Shown here: in pieces, positions 26,147 through 36,023 of the stretch
How positions within the stretch are numbered: the first letter of the stretch is position 1
Layout: the number at the start of each line of letters is the position of its first letter
Assembly: GCA_018823885.1 (NCBI GenBank)
Contig: JAHJHG010000009.1
Location: 151,751-215,750 of the forward strand
Direction: 5' to 3'
Length of the DNA stretch: 64,000 bases
Origin: Patescibacteria group bacterium
GTDB lineage: Bacteria; Patescibacteriota; Microgenomatia; UBA8517
Notes under the pieces: model-generated
The model's input: only the letters and a program-made list of their open reading frames with translations
Databases searched by the model: none
What the model was told of the DNA's origin: nothing
Made by a program: the position numbers and the translations under genes

Positions 26147-27322
26147 TTGAAACTAATGTATAAACAAAGAAATCATTCGCGTTATTCGCGAAGAAGGAAT
26201 TTTGGGCCCAGAAAGGCCAATATTCGTAGCTTTGATCCAAGGACTGTTATTGGGAAAATAACCAGTCCTATTTCTGATGTCTGTGAAATTAAAAACAAAT
26301 TTTCAGACTTTGTTCTTGACGGGCGACTTTCTGGAAATATCGCAGCTCACAGATTTAATGCGCCTACTCCTATCCAAGATCAGGCGATACCTGAAATCTT
26401 ATCCGGTCATGATGTGGTTGGTGTTGCCAACACAGGTACGGGTAAAACAGCTGCTTTTTTAATCCCCCTTATTAATAAAATAGTTCTTAATGGAAGATCT
26501 AGAGTTTTAATCATTACGCCTACACGCGAGTTGGCTGTTCAAATCGAAAAGGAATTACAAGGTTTTTCCAGTGGTATGGGTATATATTCTGCCGTTTGTA
26601 TTGGAGGAGTTTCCATTCATGGGCAAATAAATAAGCTTCGAAGAGGCCCTCATTTTGTGATAGGCACTCCAGGGAGGTTGCTTGATTTAGAAAATCAAAG
26701 GAAGATTAATTTTAATAGCTTTGATTCAATTGTTTTGGACGAAGTAGATAGAATGCTTGATATGGGATTTATCAACGATATGAAAAAAATTATTTTAAAA
26801 CTTCCAAGAAATAGGCAATCACTCTTTTTCTCAGCTACTCTTGATGAGAAAGTAAAGGGCGTAATGAGTCAATTTGTTTCGAATCCGGTCATGATTTCAG
26901 TTAAAGTCGCAGATGCCAGCACAAACGTACGTCAAGATGTCGTTGAATTGAGAGGTAGAAACAAAGCAGACGTTTTATGTGAACTATTAGATACAAAAGA
27001 AGCGTCAAAAACTCTTATATTCATGAGGACTAAAAGAAGTGCGGACAAGCTGCACAGAAGTCTTACAGATGTTGGGTTTCATACAGCGGTTATGCATGGA
27101 AACAAGACTCAAAACCAAAGACAAAGATCTCTTGAGCAATTCCGTCATGGTAGGGTAAGCGCTTTGATTGCGACAGACGTTGCCTCAAGAGGAATAGACG
27201 TCGATGATATTACTCACGTTATCAATTACGATCTTCCGGAAGACTATGATACTTATATTCACAGAATTGGGAGAACAGGTAGAGTAGACAAAAAAGGAAT
27301 CGCTCTAACATTTATAGGCTAA
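26147..27322 (+). CDS. DEAD-box ATP-dependent RNA helicase
   Basis: Q-motif region. Walker A GTGKTAAF. DEVD (motif II). SAT. HRIGRTGR (motif VI). Confidence 0.85.
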   Translation: MKLMYKQRNHSRYSRRRNFGPRKANIRSFDPRTVIGKITSPISDVCEIKNKFSDFVLDGRLSGNIAAHRFNAPTPIQDQAIPEILSGHDVVGVANTGTGKTAAFLIPLINKIVLNGRSRVLIITPTRELAVQIEKELQGFSSGMGIYSAVCIGGVSIHGQINKLRRGPHFVIGTPGRLLDLENQRKINFNSFDSIVLDEVDRMLDMGFINDMKKIILKLPRNRQSLFFSATLDEKVKGVMSQFVSNPVMISVKVADASTNVRQDVVELRGRNKADVLCELLDTKEASKTLIFMRTKRSADKLHRSLTDVGFHTAVMHGNKTQNQRQRSLEQFRHGRVSALIATDVASRGIDVDDITHVINYDLPEDYDTYIHRIGRTGRVDKKGIALTFIG

Positions 27323-27592
27323 GTCTGATACAATAAATTTATCTTAAAAAACAACGACATGGGAGAAATTATTGAGAACTTCCTCAATAAGGGTGGAAGA
27401 ATCAATAAAAGGTATCTCAAAAATTCTTCAAAAGGACCAGTTTTGGTTTTTTATAAACAGTGGTTTCGTGGCAGAAATATACGTGAGGCAATCTCCAGAG
27501 CATTAGCAGGATAGTTAATATATTCTTCAGTTTCATTTCCGCGAAAACAAAACTACGCGCACTCTTTTTTCAAGATAACCCCTTTGCAATTT

Positions 27593-27985
27593 TTAGGCGT
27601 GGTCGTGCTCGTCTGCCATTGCCTCCTCTTTAGTCTTATGAATTGTTCCGTCTTTGTGTTCAGCTGGAGTATAAATGGTGTAAAGCTTTAACTCTTTTTC
27701 CTGAGATGTATTTATTATATTGTGTTTTGCTCCTGCGGGGATAACTGTGGCCCAGTCATCCTTAATTTCTGTTTCTTCTCCATCTAGAACAACCTTGGCT
27801 TCACCTTCTTCGATTCTAATAAATTGGTCGACATCACTGTGGATTTCTTCTCCAATGTCTTCGCCTGGTTTGAGACTCATGACAACTAATTGACTGTGTG
27901 GCCCCGTAAACAGAACTTTCCTAAAATTTGTATTTTCTTTAGTCTCTTTTTCAATGTCTGTTATATAGCCTGCCATACTGATCAC
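27593..27985 (-). CDS. Cupin-domain protein
   Basis: 130 aa. Cupin_2-like core (GEEIHSDVDQFIRIEEGEAKVVLDGEE...IPAGAKHNIIN). Confidence 0.55.
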   Translation of the reverse strand: MISMAGYITDIEKETKENTNFRKVLFTGPHSQLVVMSLKPGEDIGEEIHSDVDQFIRIEEGEAKVVLDGEETEIKDDWATVIPAGAKHNIINTSQEKELKLYTIYTPAEHKDGTIHKTKEEAMADEHDHA

Positions 27986-28181
27986 CTCTTTTCCTTAATA
28001 ATTTATAGCGCTAATAGAAATATTTATCAACTCCACAGGAAGTTTCTATTATGCGGATGAGTATAGACGGATATAAACGTGAGCGGCTTTTGAAGTTGGA
28101 ACTCAGGGATGAGAAGTTTGGTCTTTTTTTGACCGAACCTATTTATTCTCACCCCTGATCTTTTGGTACTTTCTTGGTAAC

Positions 28182-28706
28182 TTATATTTTAATCATCTCC
28201 TGAGGGTATTTGGGAATTAGCTTGTTTAAATATATTTGCAGGCTGTTGCCCCTAAGATCTTTTAAACACTCTAGAAGTCCAGGTTGAGCTTCGGGTCGGA
28301 TTTTTCGAGCCCACTTTCTAAAACTTTTTCTTTGCTTAGCGCTTAGTTGGGATCGAAAATGTTTGTCGGAATCGACATACTTAAGAAGAATAGTATATGT
28401 TGGTATCAAACCAAGTCCATGATACTTATTTATTGTCGCACATGACTTAGGGGTCAGATGAACTCCTCCACCTTTGTCTTGCTCGATAATCTCAAGTTCC
28501 AAGAGGGGACGAGTATCCGACCCATTTTTCAAAAGGTTTGCCCTACATATCATTCTGCCATTTTTCTTAAGAACCCTCCTGAGGAATACTTTTGAACAAC
28601 CGGGCACAGCATTATTATCAAGAATCGTGTACAGCTCTCTCAGACACTTCATGCCACCCTCCTCGGTGTGATGATGTTTCCCTTTCGGGACTGTGTAAAG
28701 GAACAA
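28182..28706 (-). CDS. Hypothetical basic protein
   Basis: 174 aa. His-rich N-terminus. No confident domain assignment. Confidence 0.4.
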   Translation of the reverse strand: MFLYTVPKGKHHHTEEGGMKCLRELYTILDNNAVPGCSKVFLRRVLKKNGRMICRANLLKNGSDTRPLLELEIIEQDKGGGVHLTPKSCATINKYHGLGLIPTYTILLKYVDSDKHFRSQLSAKQRKSFRKWARKIRPEAQPGLLECLKDLRGNSLQIYLNKLIPKYPQEMIKI

Positions 28707-28809
28707 TTATTACCAAGAGTTTAAAAAAGCAATCTTTCGATTGCGATGTGCCTATTATACATATTTTTCGATTTTTTTCAAAAAGATGTTATAAACTAAC
28801 TAATTAACG

Positions 28810-29484
28810 ATGTTTCTTTTAATAAACAAACCAAAAGGTATTACTTCGCACGATGTTATCTATTTTGTTCGAAAAGTAACAGGAGAAAAAAAAGTTGGGC
28901 ATGCCGGAACACTAGATCCTAACGCGACAGGCTTATTGATTGTGGGAGTAGGGCGCAATTCAACCAAAAAACTTGGTTGGATAGCAAAAGATACAAAGAA
29001 AATGTATGAAGCAGAAATATTTTTAGGTGAAGAACGAGACACTGACGATTCTGAGGGGCAGATCATTTCCAAAAAAAATGATTTTCCGGCCCCAAATATG
29101 GCTTTACTTAAAAAAACGTTGAAAGGCTTTAAAGGTAAACAAAAACAAAAGCCTCCTGCATACTCTGCTCTTAAAATAAAGGGGAAGAAAGCATACGAAC
29201 TTGCCAGGAAAGGAGAAAAGGTGTTTCTCAAAGAAAGAGACATAACAATTTACTCAATTGAATTATTTCAGTATAAATATCCTGTTTTGAAAATAAAGAC
29301 GACTGTTTCTTCCGGAACTTACATTCGGGCCTTAGCTCGGGATATCGGCGAGCAACTTGGTTGCGGTGCGTATTTAAGAAATCTCAAGAGAACAGGGATA
29401 GGCAACTTCGATCTTAAGGATTCTATAGAGATGGACAAGCTAACAGCTGATAACTGGAATAATTTTGCGATTGAGATAGATTAG
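28810..29484 (+). CDS. truB: tRNA pseudouridine(55) synthase TruB
   Basis: INKPKGITSHDV...GHAGTLDPNATGLLIVGVG, the catalytic-Asp motif of TruB. Confidence 0.85.
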   Translation: MFLLINKPKGITSHDVIYFVRKVTGEKKVGHAGTLDPNATGLLIVGVGRNSTKKLGWIAKDTKKMYEAEIFLGEERDTDDSEGQIISKKNDFPAPNMALLKKTLKGFKGKQKQKPPAYSALKIKGKKAYELARKGEKVFLKERDITIYSIELFQYKYPVLKIKTTVSSGTYIRALARDIGEQLGCGAYLRNLKRTGIGNFDLKDSIEMDKLTADNWNNFAIEID

Positions 29485-29499
29485 ATTAAAATATTTATT

Positions 29500-30240
29500 G
29501 TGAACCTAATATCTTCAATATTTCTAGGGATTCTTCAGGGGCTCACTGAATTTTTGCCCGTTTCTTCCTCAGGTCATCTGGTCATTGTTCAAAATCTAAT
29601 CCCTGGTTTCACTCAGGACGGTGTTCTTTTTGATGTGTTCCTTCACGCAGGAACGGTTTTGGCTGTACTGTATTATTTTAGAAAAACACTTTTAAAATTA
29701 ACCCCAAAATATTTGTTTCTCCTTTTAATAGGAACCATTCCAGCAGGACTCGTCGGTGTATTTTTGGGATCATCGATAGAGAATCTTTTCAATGGGGTAT
29801 ATATAGTGGGATTTGCCCTCCTTTTTACGGCTGTCTTGAATTTTCTTACAGATAGAGCAAAAACGGGATCTAAAGAAATTTCAATCAAGAAAACTATCTT
29901 GATTGGTATGGCTCAGGCCTTGGCAATAATTCCCGGTATTTCCCGCTCGGGTTCTACTATCTTTGCAGGAACTAGTTTGGGTATTAAAAGGAAGGAGGCG
30001 GCTCAATTTTCATTCCTGCTTTCTGTTCCAGCCATTGTCGGTGCCAATGCTATTCAGTTTCTAAAATATGGCTCCGAGGTAACTGGAAACATATTGTTTT
30101 ATAGTGTCGGATTTATAGCCGCTTTTATTTCAGGAGTAATTGCGATTAACTTCGTCCTCAAATTTTTACTGGCCGGTAGATTCAAATTATTTGCGTATTA
30201 CTGTGTAGTTTTGGGGGTATTGGTTTTAACTATTTTATAG
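29500..30240 (+). CDS. uppP: Undecaprenyl-diphosphatase UppP/BacA
   Basis: GILQGLTEFLPVSSSGHL and PGISRSGSTI motifs. Eight TM helices. 246 aa. Confidence 0.85.
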   Translation: MNLISSIFLGILQGLTEFLPVSSSGHLVIVQNLIPGFTQDGVLFDVFLHAGTVLAVLYYFRKTLLKLTPKYLFLLLIGTIPAGLVGVFLGSSIENLFNGVYIVGFALLFTAVLNFLTDRAKTGSKEISIKKTILIGMAQALAIIPGISRSGSTIFAGTSLGIKRKEAAQFSFLLSVPAIVGANAIQFLKYGSEVTGNILFYSVGFIAAFISGVIAINFVLKFLLAGRFKLFAYYCVVLGVLVLTIL

Positions 30241-30600
30241 AAAAAGGAATATTTTTGGCAAAAACAGAAAAGTCCCGACGATTATAGAAAAGAATGCCGC
30301 CATAAGGACCACTGCAGCTGAAACATCCTTCGCAATTTTTGCTTCAGGCCTTAACTCTGGACTGACCAGATTTACAAGGGCTTCGAGAGCGGTGTTTAAT
30401 AATTCGAAAGTCATTACTAAGAATATGGTGAAAACAAGAATGGTCCATTCAGAGAGAGTGAAATTTAGAAAATATGCCGCAACGATAGTTATGATGGCAA
30501 CAAAAACATGGATACGAAAGTTTGGCTCTCTTTTGACGGCACTTTTTAGTCCACTGAAGGCAAATCTGAAACTTTTTGTGATTGGATATTTTCTGCTCAC
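30235..30600 (-). CDS. dgkA: Diacylglycerol kinase / undecaprenol kinase family protein (DgkA)
   Basis: 121 aa, three TM helices. FELLNTALEALVN resembles the DAGK_prokar core. Confidence 0.65.
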   Translation of the reverse strand: MSRKYPITKSFRFAFSGLKSAVKREPNFRIHVFVAIITIVAAYFLNFTLSEWTILVFTIFLVMTFELLNTALEALVNLVSPELRPEAKIAKDVSAAVVLMAAFFSIIVGTFLFLPKIFLFL

Positions 30601-30668
30601 ATAACTATATTAACCTAAATAAGAGAGGTTGTTCAAAGAGAAATGTTTGTGTTAGCATAAATTAGATT

Positions 30669-31346
30669 ATGGCCAAGCGAAGAAGAAAGAAATTTTTCAT
30701 ATTTTTGGCTCCAGCACTAGCTCTTTTGGGGCTGTTTGTTATTACGACAACATCAAAAAGAGTAACGGCGCCAACAGGGTGCAACATAGATGATTACTCC
30801 GGGCAATTTAGCGAAGGAGAGAAAATTGCTGTCTTTGAAAATAAGACAATTTCTATTCCCGATCTTGCTACTATTCCTGAAGGAAAAGCAGTATTGGGTA
30901 CGGCTTCACCAAGTGAGCGTTGGATAGAAGTGGATTTATCAGAGCAAAAGCTAAAGGCTTGGGATGGAAATGCTCTATTTTTGGAAACGCCAATTTCTAC
31001 CGGTCTTCCGTGGTGGCCGACACCTAAAGGAGAATTCAGGATTTGGATTAAACTTCGTTTTACTAAAATGGAGGGTGGAGAAGGCAAATATTATTATAAT
31101 TTACCCAACGTTCCCTATGTTATGTTCTTCGAGAATGAAAGTGTGCCTGGGTGGATAGGATATGGACTGCACGGGACTTATTGGCATAATGCCTTCGGGA
31201 CTCAAAGAAGCCATGGGTGCGTAAACCTTCCGACCCCCATAGCGGAAAGGCTTTTTTATTGGACAACACCCGAGCTAGGACATAATAAATGGGCGGTTTA
31301 TGCCTCAGATAAGAATCCGGGGACAAGGATTGTTATTCACGAATGA
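30669..31346 (+). CDS. L,D-transpeptidase (YkuD domain)
   Basis: N-terminal TM anchor. The YkuD catalytic motif HGTYWHNAFGTQRSHGCVNL (His...Ser-His-Gly-Cys). Confidence 0.7.
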   Translation: MAKRRRKKFFIFLAPALALLGLFVITTTSKRVTAPTGCNIDDYSGQFSEGEKIAVFENKTISIPDLATIPEGKAVLGTASPSERWIEVDLSEQKLKAWDGNALFLETPISTGLPWWPTPKGEFRIWIKLRFTKMEGGEGKYYYNLPNVPYVMFFENESVPGWIGYGLHGTYWHNAFGTQRSHGCVNLPTPIAERLFYWTTPELGHNKWAVYASDKNPGTRIVIHE

Positions 31347-31855
31347 ACTTTTATTTAAATCAGCAGGCCGTGCTTGGAGCTACTAGTACGACTTTTATTA
31401 TCACTTTTTTGGCAAGTTTTCTGATTTGGTTTATGTTTGCCGGATTAATTATTCTCTGGTTTGTGGACGGAAGAGTAAAAAAAGAACAGGCGCTTCGTGC
31501 TTTTGCGGCCGCACTATTGGCCTGGGTAATTGCTCAGATGTTAAAAAGCCTTCTCCCGTCTGTTCGACCGTTCCTTATAAATGGGGAATTACCTTTAACT
31601 TTAACTTTTCATTTTGATAATGCGTTCCCCTCATCACATACAGCCATTGCTTTTGGCTTGGCAATTACACTTTGGTTGCATAATAAAAAATTGGGGATTG
31701 TGTATATAGCATTAGCATTCCTTGTTGCTGTAGGGCGAGTGTTTGCTAACGTTCATTATATTTTAGATGTTGTAATCGGAAGCATGATCGGAACAATGGT
31801 GGCTGTTGTTGTTAGCAAACTCCGCTTTTTTAGATTACTCAAGACAAAGAAATAG
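31343..31855 (+). CDS. PAP2-family phosphatase (type 2 phosphatidic acid / undecaprenyl-PP phosphatase-like)
   Basis: PAP2 motifs KSLLPSVRP, PSSHT and GRVFANVHYILD. Membrane protein. Confidence 0.7.
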   Translation: MNFYLNQQAVLGATSTTFIITFLASFLIWFMFAGLIILWFVDGRVKKEQALRAFAAALLAWVIAQMLKSLLPSVRPFLINGELPLTLTFHFDNAFPSSHTAIAFGLAITLWLHNKKLGIVYIALAFLVAVGRVFANVHYILDVVIGSMIGTMVAVVVSKLRFFRLLKTKK

Positions 31856-31906
31856 ATAGGTTAATTTATCTGGCAAGCCCAAGGCTGGTTAGCAGTAAGC
31901 TGGAGG

Positions 31907-31935
31907 TTGACTTCTAGCAGTTAAATTGTTAGACT
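31907..31935 (+). promoter_or_regulatory. Putative sigma70-type promoter of lon (TTGACT, 17-nt spacer, TAGACT)
   Basis: -35 at 31907-31912, -10 at 31930-31935, 20 nt upstream of the lon ATG. Confidence 0.35.
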
Positions 31936-31954
31936 GCTAAAACTGAATTCAAAA

Positions 31955-34414
31955 ATGGGAAAAAGCACAAAAATTATACGAAAAGTCCCAGTTGTTGCTA
32001 TCCGCGGGTCAGTGGTATTTCCTTATACGGATACGATCTTATCTTTTGGAAGGCAAAAGTCGGTAAAGGCTGTTAATGCGGCGTTTCAGGAAGATAAAGT
32101 CATTGCCGTATTTACTCAAAAGGACGCCAAAACTTCACATCCATCTCAAAGAGATTTATATGAAATAGGGACAATTGCCACGATTACACAAATGATGCAA
32201 TCCGATGGTGAAATTCACGCCATAGTCAAGGGACATAATAGAATCCGATTGAATAAAATAGTGCCTCATGAGGCTTATTTAATTGGAGAGGTGGAGGAAA
32301 TAAAAGAAGACAGAGTGATATCTCCAGAGGTTGAGGTTCTTGCAAAGAAACTTACGGAATTATTTAAAAAGGCGGTAAATCTCGGCAAACAGGCAGAAAT
32401 TGTAACAGTGATGAAACTTGTATCAGGACAGGTTGAGCCGGTTGAACTGGTTGATCAGGCGGCTTCACTTTTGGACATAAAGACAAACGAGAAACAAAAG
32501 CTTCTTGAAACACTTACCTTAAAATCAAGAATGAAAAAGGTTTTAGAAGCTCTTGCCCGCGAGATTAACATTTTGGATTTGGAAAAGACGATTTCGCAGA
32601 AAACACAAAAGAGATTTGAAGACCAAATGAGGAAGGCAATGCTCAGGGAGAAGAAGAAAACTATTGAAGAGGAGCTTGGTCAAGAGGGAGGAGAGTTGGG
32701 CTTGGAAGAAGTATCTGAATACAAGAAAAAAATTTTAGAAGCAAAAATGCCCAAAGAGGTTAGAAAAAGAGCCAAAAAGGAACTTAAAAGACTTTCTCAA
32801 CTTTCCCCTCACAATCCGGAGGGTGGTTATATTAGAAATTATTTAGATTGGCTTACCGACATGCCTTGGAGCATATCAACAGCCAACAATGTCTCTATAA
32901 AAGCGGCCGCAAAAGTACTTGAAGATGATCATTATGGTTTAAGGAAAGCAAAGGAAAGAATATTGGAGTATTTGGCTGTAATGAGGGTAAAAAAAGATGC
33001 CCTTGAAAAAATAAAGACAAAATTAAAAATAAAAGGAAAAGATAAAACAATAAAGAATGAAGAGAGTCAGCCAACCATTCTTTGTTTTATTGGCCCTCCA
33101 GGTGTGGGCAAGACTTCAATCGGTAAATCAATTGCAAGAGCCTTGGATAGAAAATTTGTAAGAGTGTCTTTGGGAGGAATTCGTGATGAGGCAGAAATAA
33201 GGGGACATAGAAGGACATATGTTGGTGCGCTTCCTGGACGCATTATTCAGGGAATTAAAAATGCTGGAACAAAAAATCCTGTTTTTATGCTTGATGAGAT
33301 AGACAAGATAGGCATTGATTTTAGAGGAGATCCATCTTCTGCTTTACTTGAAGCCTTAGATCCTGAACAAAACAGGGAATTCTCCGACCACTATCTGGAA
33401 GTACCCTTTGATCTATCAGAGGTTATGTTTATTGCTACGGGGAACGTTTTAGACACAATCCCTGTAGCCTTGAGAGACAGGATGGAAGTTATTAGTTTTC
33501 CAGGTTACACAGAGGAAGAAAAATATAATATTACAAAAAAATTCTTGTGGCCAAAGCAGTTAAGACTTCATGGTTTGGCGGATGAAAAGATTAAATTATT
33601 GAGCGAAGCAATTCGTGAAATAATCAATCGCTATACAAGGGAAGCAGGGGTTAGAAATTTGGAAAGAAATTTGGCTGGGGCTTGTAGAAAGATAGCGCGA
33701 CTAGTTGCCGAGAAAAAGAGATATACGAAAGAAATTAAAATAACTGATGTTCGAAAATTCTTAGGGCCTCAGAAGTTCTCCTCTCTTATTGCCGAAAAGA
33801 AAGATGAAGTAGGTATGGCAACCGGTTTGGCGGTTACTCCGACAGGGGGCGACATTATTTTTATTGAAGTGGCCTTAATGCCGGGTAAAGGAAAGCTTCT
33901 TTTAACAGGGCAATTGGGAGATGTTATGAAAGAATCAGCAAAGGCTGCTTTTACATGGACAAAGGCTCATTGGGAAGAATTGGGCTTAAAGGAGGATTTT
34001 GGTAATGCTTTAGATGTTCACATCCATGTTCCAGAAGGAGCTGTTCCCAAGGATGGTCCGTCGGCAGGAGTAGCCATGGCCACCAGCTTAGTCTCAGCCC
34101 TTGCGGGTATCCCTGTAAAAAGAGATGTTGGTATGACTGGTGAAATAACCTTAAGAGGGAGAGTTTTAGAGATTGGTGGAGTGAAAGAAAAAATTATTGC
34201 CGCTCATAGAGCTGGTTTAAAAACCGTAATTTTACCCAAAGACAATAAAAAAGATTTAGAAGATGTTCCAGCAAAGACTAAAAAAGATATTAAGTTTGTA
34301 TTTACGAACAGATTAGAAGATGTTTTAAAAACGGCGATAAAGAAGTGGCCTCCTAAAAATGTAAAAAAAGTTCGAAAAACCCTATCAACACCTTCATACA
34401 TAGCGGCAAATTAA
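31955..34414 (+). CDS. lon: ATP-dependent protease Lon
   Basis: LON N-domain. AAA+ Walker [10 protein letters not shown]. Protease domain with the catalytic PKDGPSAG. 819 aa. Confidence 0.9.
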   Translation: MGKSTKIIRKVPVVAIRGSVVFPYTDTILSFGRQKSVKAVNAAFQEDKVIAVFTQKDAKTSHPSQRDLYEIGTIATITQMMQSDGEIHAIVKGHNRIRLNKIVPHEAYLIGEVEEIKEDRVISPEVEVLAKKLTELFKKAVNLGKQAEIVTVMKLVSGQVEPVELVDQAASLLDIKTNEKQKLLETLTLKSRMKKVLEALAREINILDLEKTISQKTQKRFEDQMRKAMLREKKKTIEEELGQEGGELGLEEVSEYKKKILEAKMPKEVRKRAKKELKRLSQLSPHNPEGGYIRNYLDWLTDMPWSISTANNVSIKAAAKVLEDDHYGLRKAKERILEYLAVMRVKKDALEKIKTKLKIKGKDKTIKNEESQPTILCFIGPPGVGKTSIGKSIARALDRKFVRVSLGGIRDEAEIRGHRRTYVGALPGRIIQGIKNAGTKNPVFMLDEIDKIGIDFRGDPSSALLEALDPEQNREFSDHYLEVPFDLSEVMFIATGNVLDTIPVALRDRMEVISFPGYTEEEKYNITKKFLWPKQLRLHGLADEKIKLLSEAIREIINRYTREAGVRNLERNLAGACRKIARLVAEKKRYTKEIKITDVRKFLGPQKFSSLIAEKKDEVGMATGLAVTPTGGDIIFIEVALMPGKGKLLLTGQLGDVMKESAKAAFTWTKAHWEELGLKEDFGNALDVHIHVPEGAVPKDGPSAGVAMATSLVSALAGIPVKRDVGMTGEITLRGRVLEIGGVKEKIIAAHRAGLKTVILPKDNKKDLEDVPAKTKKDIKFVFTNRLEDVLKTAIKKWPPKNVKKVRKTLSTPSYIAAN

Positions 34415-34485
34415 TTATTCCTGGCTTTAGGTCTTTTTCTTGAAAATTGTATCTCAGCCTCAAATAGAGTAAAATATGTGATTCA

Positions 34486-34558
34486 GGCCCCATCGTCTAG
34501 TGGCCTAGGACACTGGGTTCTCATCCCAGAAACCGGGGTTCGATCCCCCGTGGGGTCA
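34486..34558 (+). tRNA. tRNA-Glu (anticodon CUC)
   Basis: Manual cloverleaf: acceptor GGCCCCA/TGGGGTC. D-arm TCGTCTAGTGGCCTAGGAC, as in bacterial tRNA-Glu. Anticodon stem CTGGG/CCCAG with loop TTCTCAT. T-arm CGGGG-TTCGATC-CCCCG. Discriminator A. Confidence 0.8.
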
Positions 34559-34622
34559 CAACAAAAATACCCGCCTTCAGTTAAACACTGGAAGGTGATA
34601 ACTTTTTACCGACTTCAACTAA

Positions 34623-35237
34623 TTAATACCCTGACAGGATGCGGTTTAACCAGCCAAAAAGGGAAAAGCCCTGAAGTTCCTGATTAAGTTCGGTTTCCAA
34701 GGCATCTGCCTCTCCTTCTAGGTTATCTATAGCATCTTGCATTTCTTCTTGGTCAGACGCGTAAGTTAACTCTTCTTTAAACTTTGCTAGATCCTCAGCG
34801 TCGCTTCTAAATTGAGCTGCTTGAGCCTTTACCTCTCCTGCGTTTTGATAATTAGCCCCAAAAACGAATTTTAGGAGTTTAGAACGGGAACGCATGCTAG
34901 ATAGTGCTGTGTTAATTTTTTCCTGAGATCGCGTATGGTTCTCAGTCATCGTTCTAACTTGTTCTCCAGTCTCTGGGTTATTAAAACGCTCAGACACTCT
35001 GGTCAAGGTTTGTATCGCATTTTCTAAACCAGCTCTAGGGCTTCCGGCTGAACCTTGCCCGTTACCAGTGCTGTCTAGATCTGCCTCTACCACGTCTCCA
35101 TCATGAGTTGTTGGATCCTGAACCCTATTTTGGTCTTGACCCTTTGCACTGATTGGAGATGAAATCCACAGGCCGAGAGTGACGATAAGGAATAAAGATG
35201 TTAATAAAAATTTAATATTTCTTTTCAAAGTTATCAC
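34623..35237 (-). CDS. Hypothetical secreted protein
   Basis: Signal peptide and hydrophobic anchor, then a low-complexity acidic coiled-coil region. 204 aa. Confidence 0.45.
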   Translation of the reverse strand: MITLKRNIKFLLTSLFLIVTLGLWISSPISAKGQDQNRVQDPTTHDGDVVEADLDSTGNGQGSAGSPRAGLENAIQTLTRVSERFNNPETGEQVRTMTENHTRSQEKINTALSSMRSRSKLLKFVFGANYQNAGEVKAQAAQFRSDAEDLAKFKEELTYASDQEEMQDAIDNLEGEADALETELNQELQGFSLFGWLNRILSGY

Positions 35238-35345
35238 CCCCTTTCAAGGTATAAATATATGATACAGAAAGAGAGAAATAATTACATCTCGAGTAAATAA
35301 TTTCACAATTTCAATGATGATAAGAAATGTGGAGTAAAATATTTC

Positions 35346-35375
35346 TTGACAAAAGAATTAGTAAAAAGATACAAT
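35346..35375 (+). promoter_or_regulatory. Putative sigma70-type promoter of greA (TTGACA, 18-nt spacer, TACAAT), with a ~120-nt structured leader
   Basis: -35 at 35346-35351, -10 at 35370-35375. The leader's CCTCCCTTCTTC (35395-35406) can pair with the SD region GAAAAAGGAGGG (35471-35482). Confidence 0.4.
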
Positions 35376-35502
35376 TCCCAAACGATATATTAATCCTCCC
35401 TTCTTCTCGTTTTACCACACGCTAAAAGGTTGGGTAAACGGAGAGAGCGAAATTTTTAACGCTCTTCCGAAAAAGGAGGGTAATTTTTTTGATAAAGAAC
35501 AC

Positions 35503-35976
35503 ATGAGTCAAGACAAAATAAATAATATACAAATAACAAAACAAGGTTTTGAAAACCTGGAGAAAGAGCTCGATGGATTGGTTAATACAAAAAGACCAAA
35601 ACTAGTCGAGAGACTTGCTAATGCAAGAGGTCAGGGGGATTTATCCGAAAATAGTGATTATCAAAACGCAAAAGAAGAGCTTGATTTTTTGGATGGAAAA
35701 ATATCAGAGCTCGAAGGTGTTATTCATAATGCAGAAGTCGTAAGTGGTAAAAATAATAATGGAGAAATTGCTGTCGGGGCTGAGGTAACGCTTAAAATAC
35801 AAGACGAAGAGCATGTCTATTATATAGTAGGCGAGTGGGAAGCTGATCCAATTAGCAAGAAAATTTCCCACAGTTCTCCTCTGGGTTTAGCCTTGGTTGG
35901 AAAGAAGATAGGAGAGAAAGTAGAAGTAGAAGCTCCTGCTGGAAAAGTGGTATACGAGATTTTGTCAATTAAGTAA
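35503..35976 (+). CDS. greA: Transcription elongation factor GreA
   Basis: N-terminal coiled coil with the GDLSENSDY acidic tip motif. C-terminal FKBP-like domain. 157 aa. Confidence 0.85.
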   Translation: MSQDKINNIQITKQGFENLEKELDGLVNTKRPKLVERLANARGQGDLSENSDYQNAKEELDFLDGKISELEGVIHNAEVVSGKNNNGEIAVGAEVTLKIQDEEHVYYIVGEWEADPISKKISHSSPLGLALVGKKIGEKVEVEAPAGKVVYEILSIK

Positions 35977-36023
35977 CAAACTTCTTTTTGTAACTCCTAT
36001 TAATCTTAAGTTATACTTAATCT

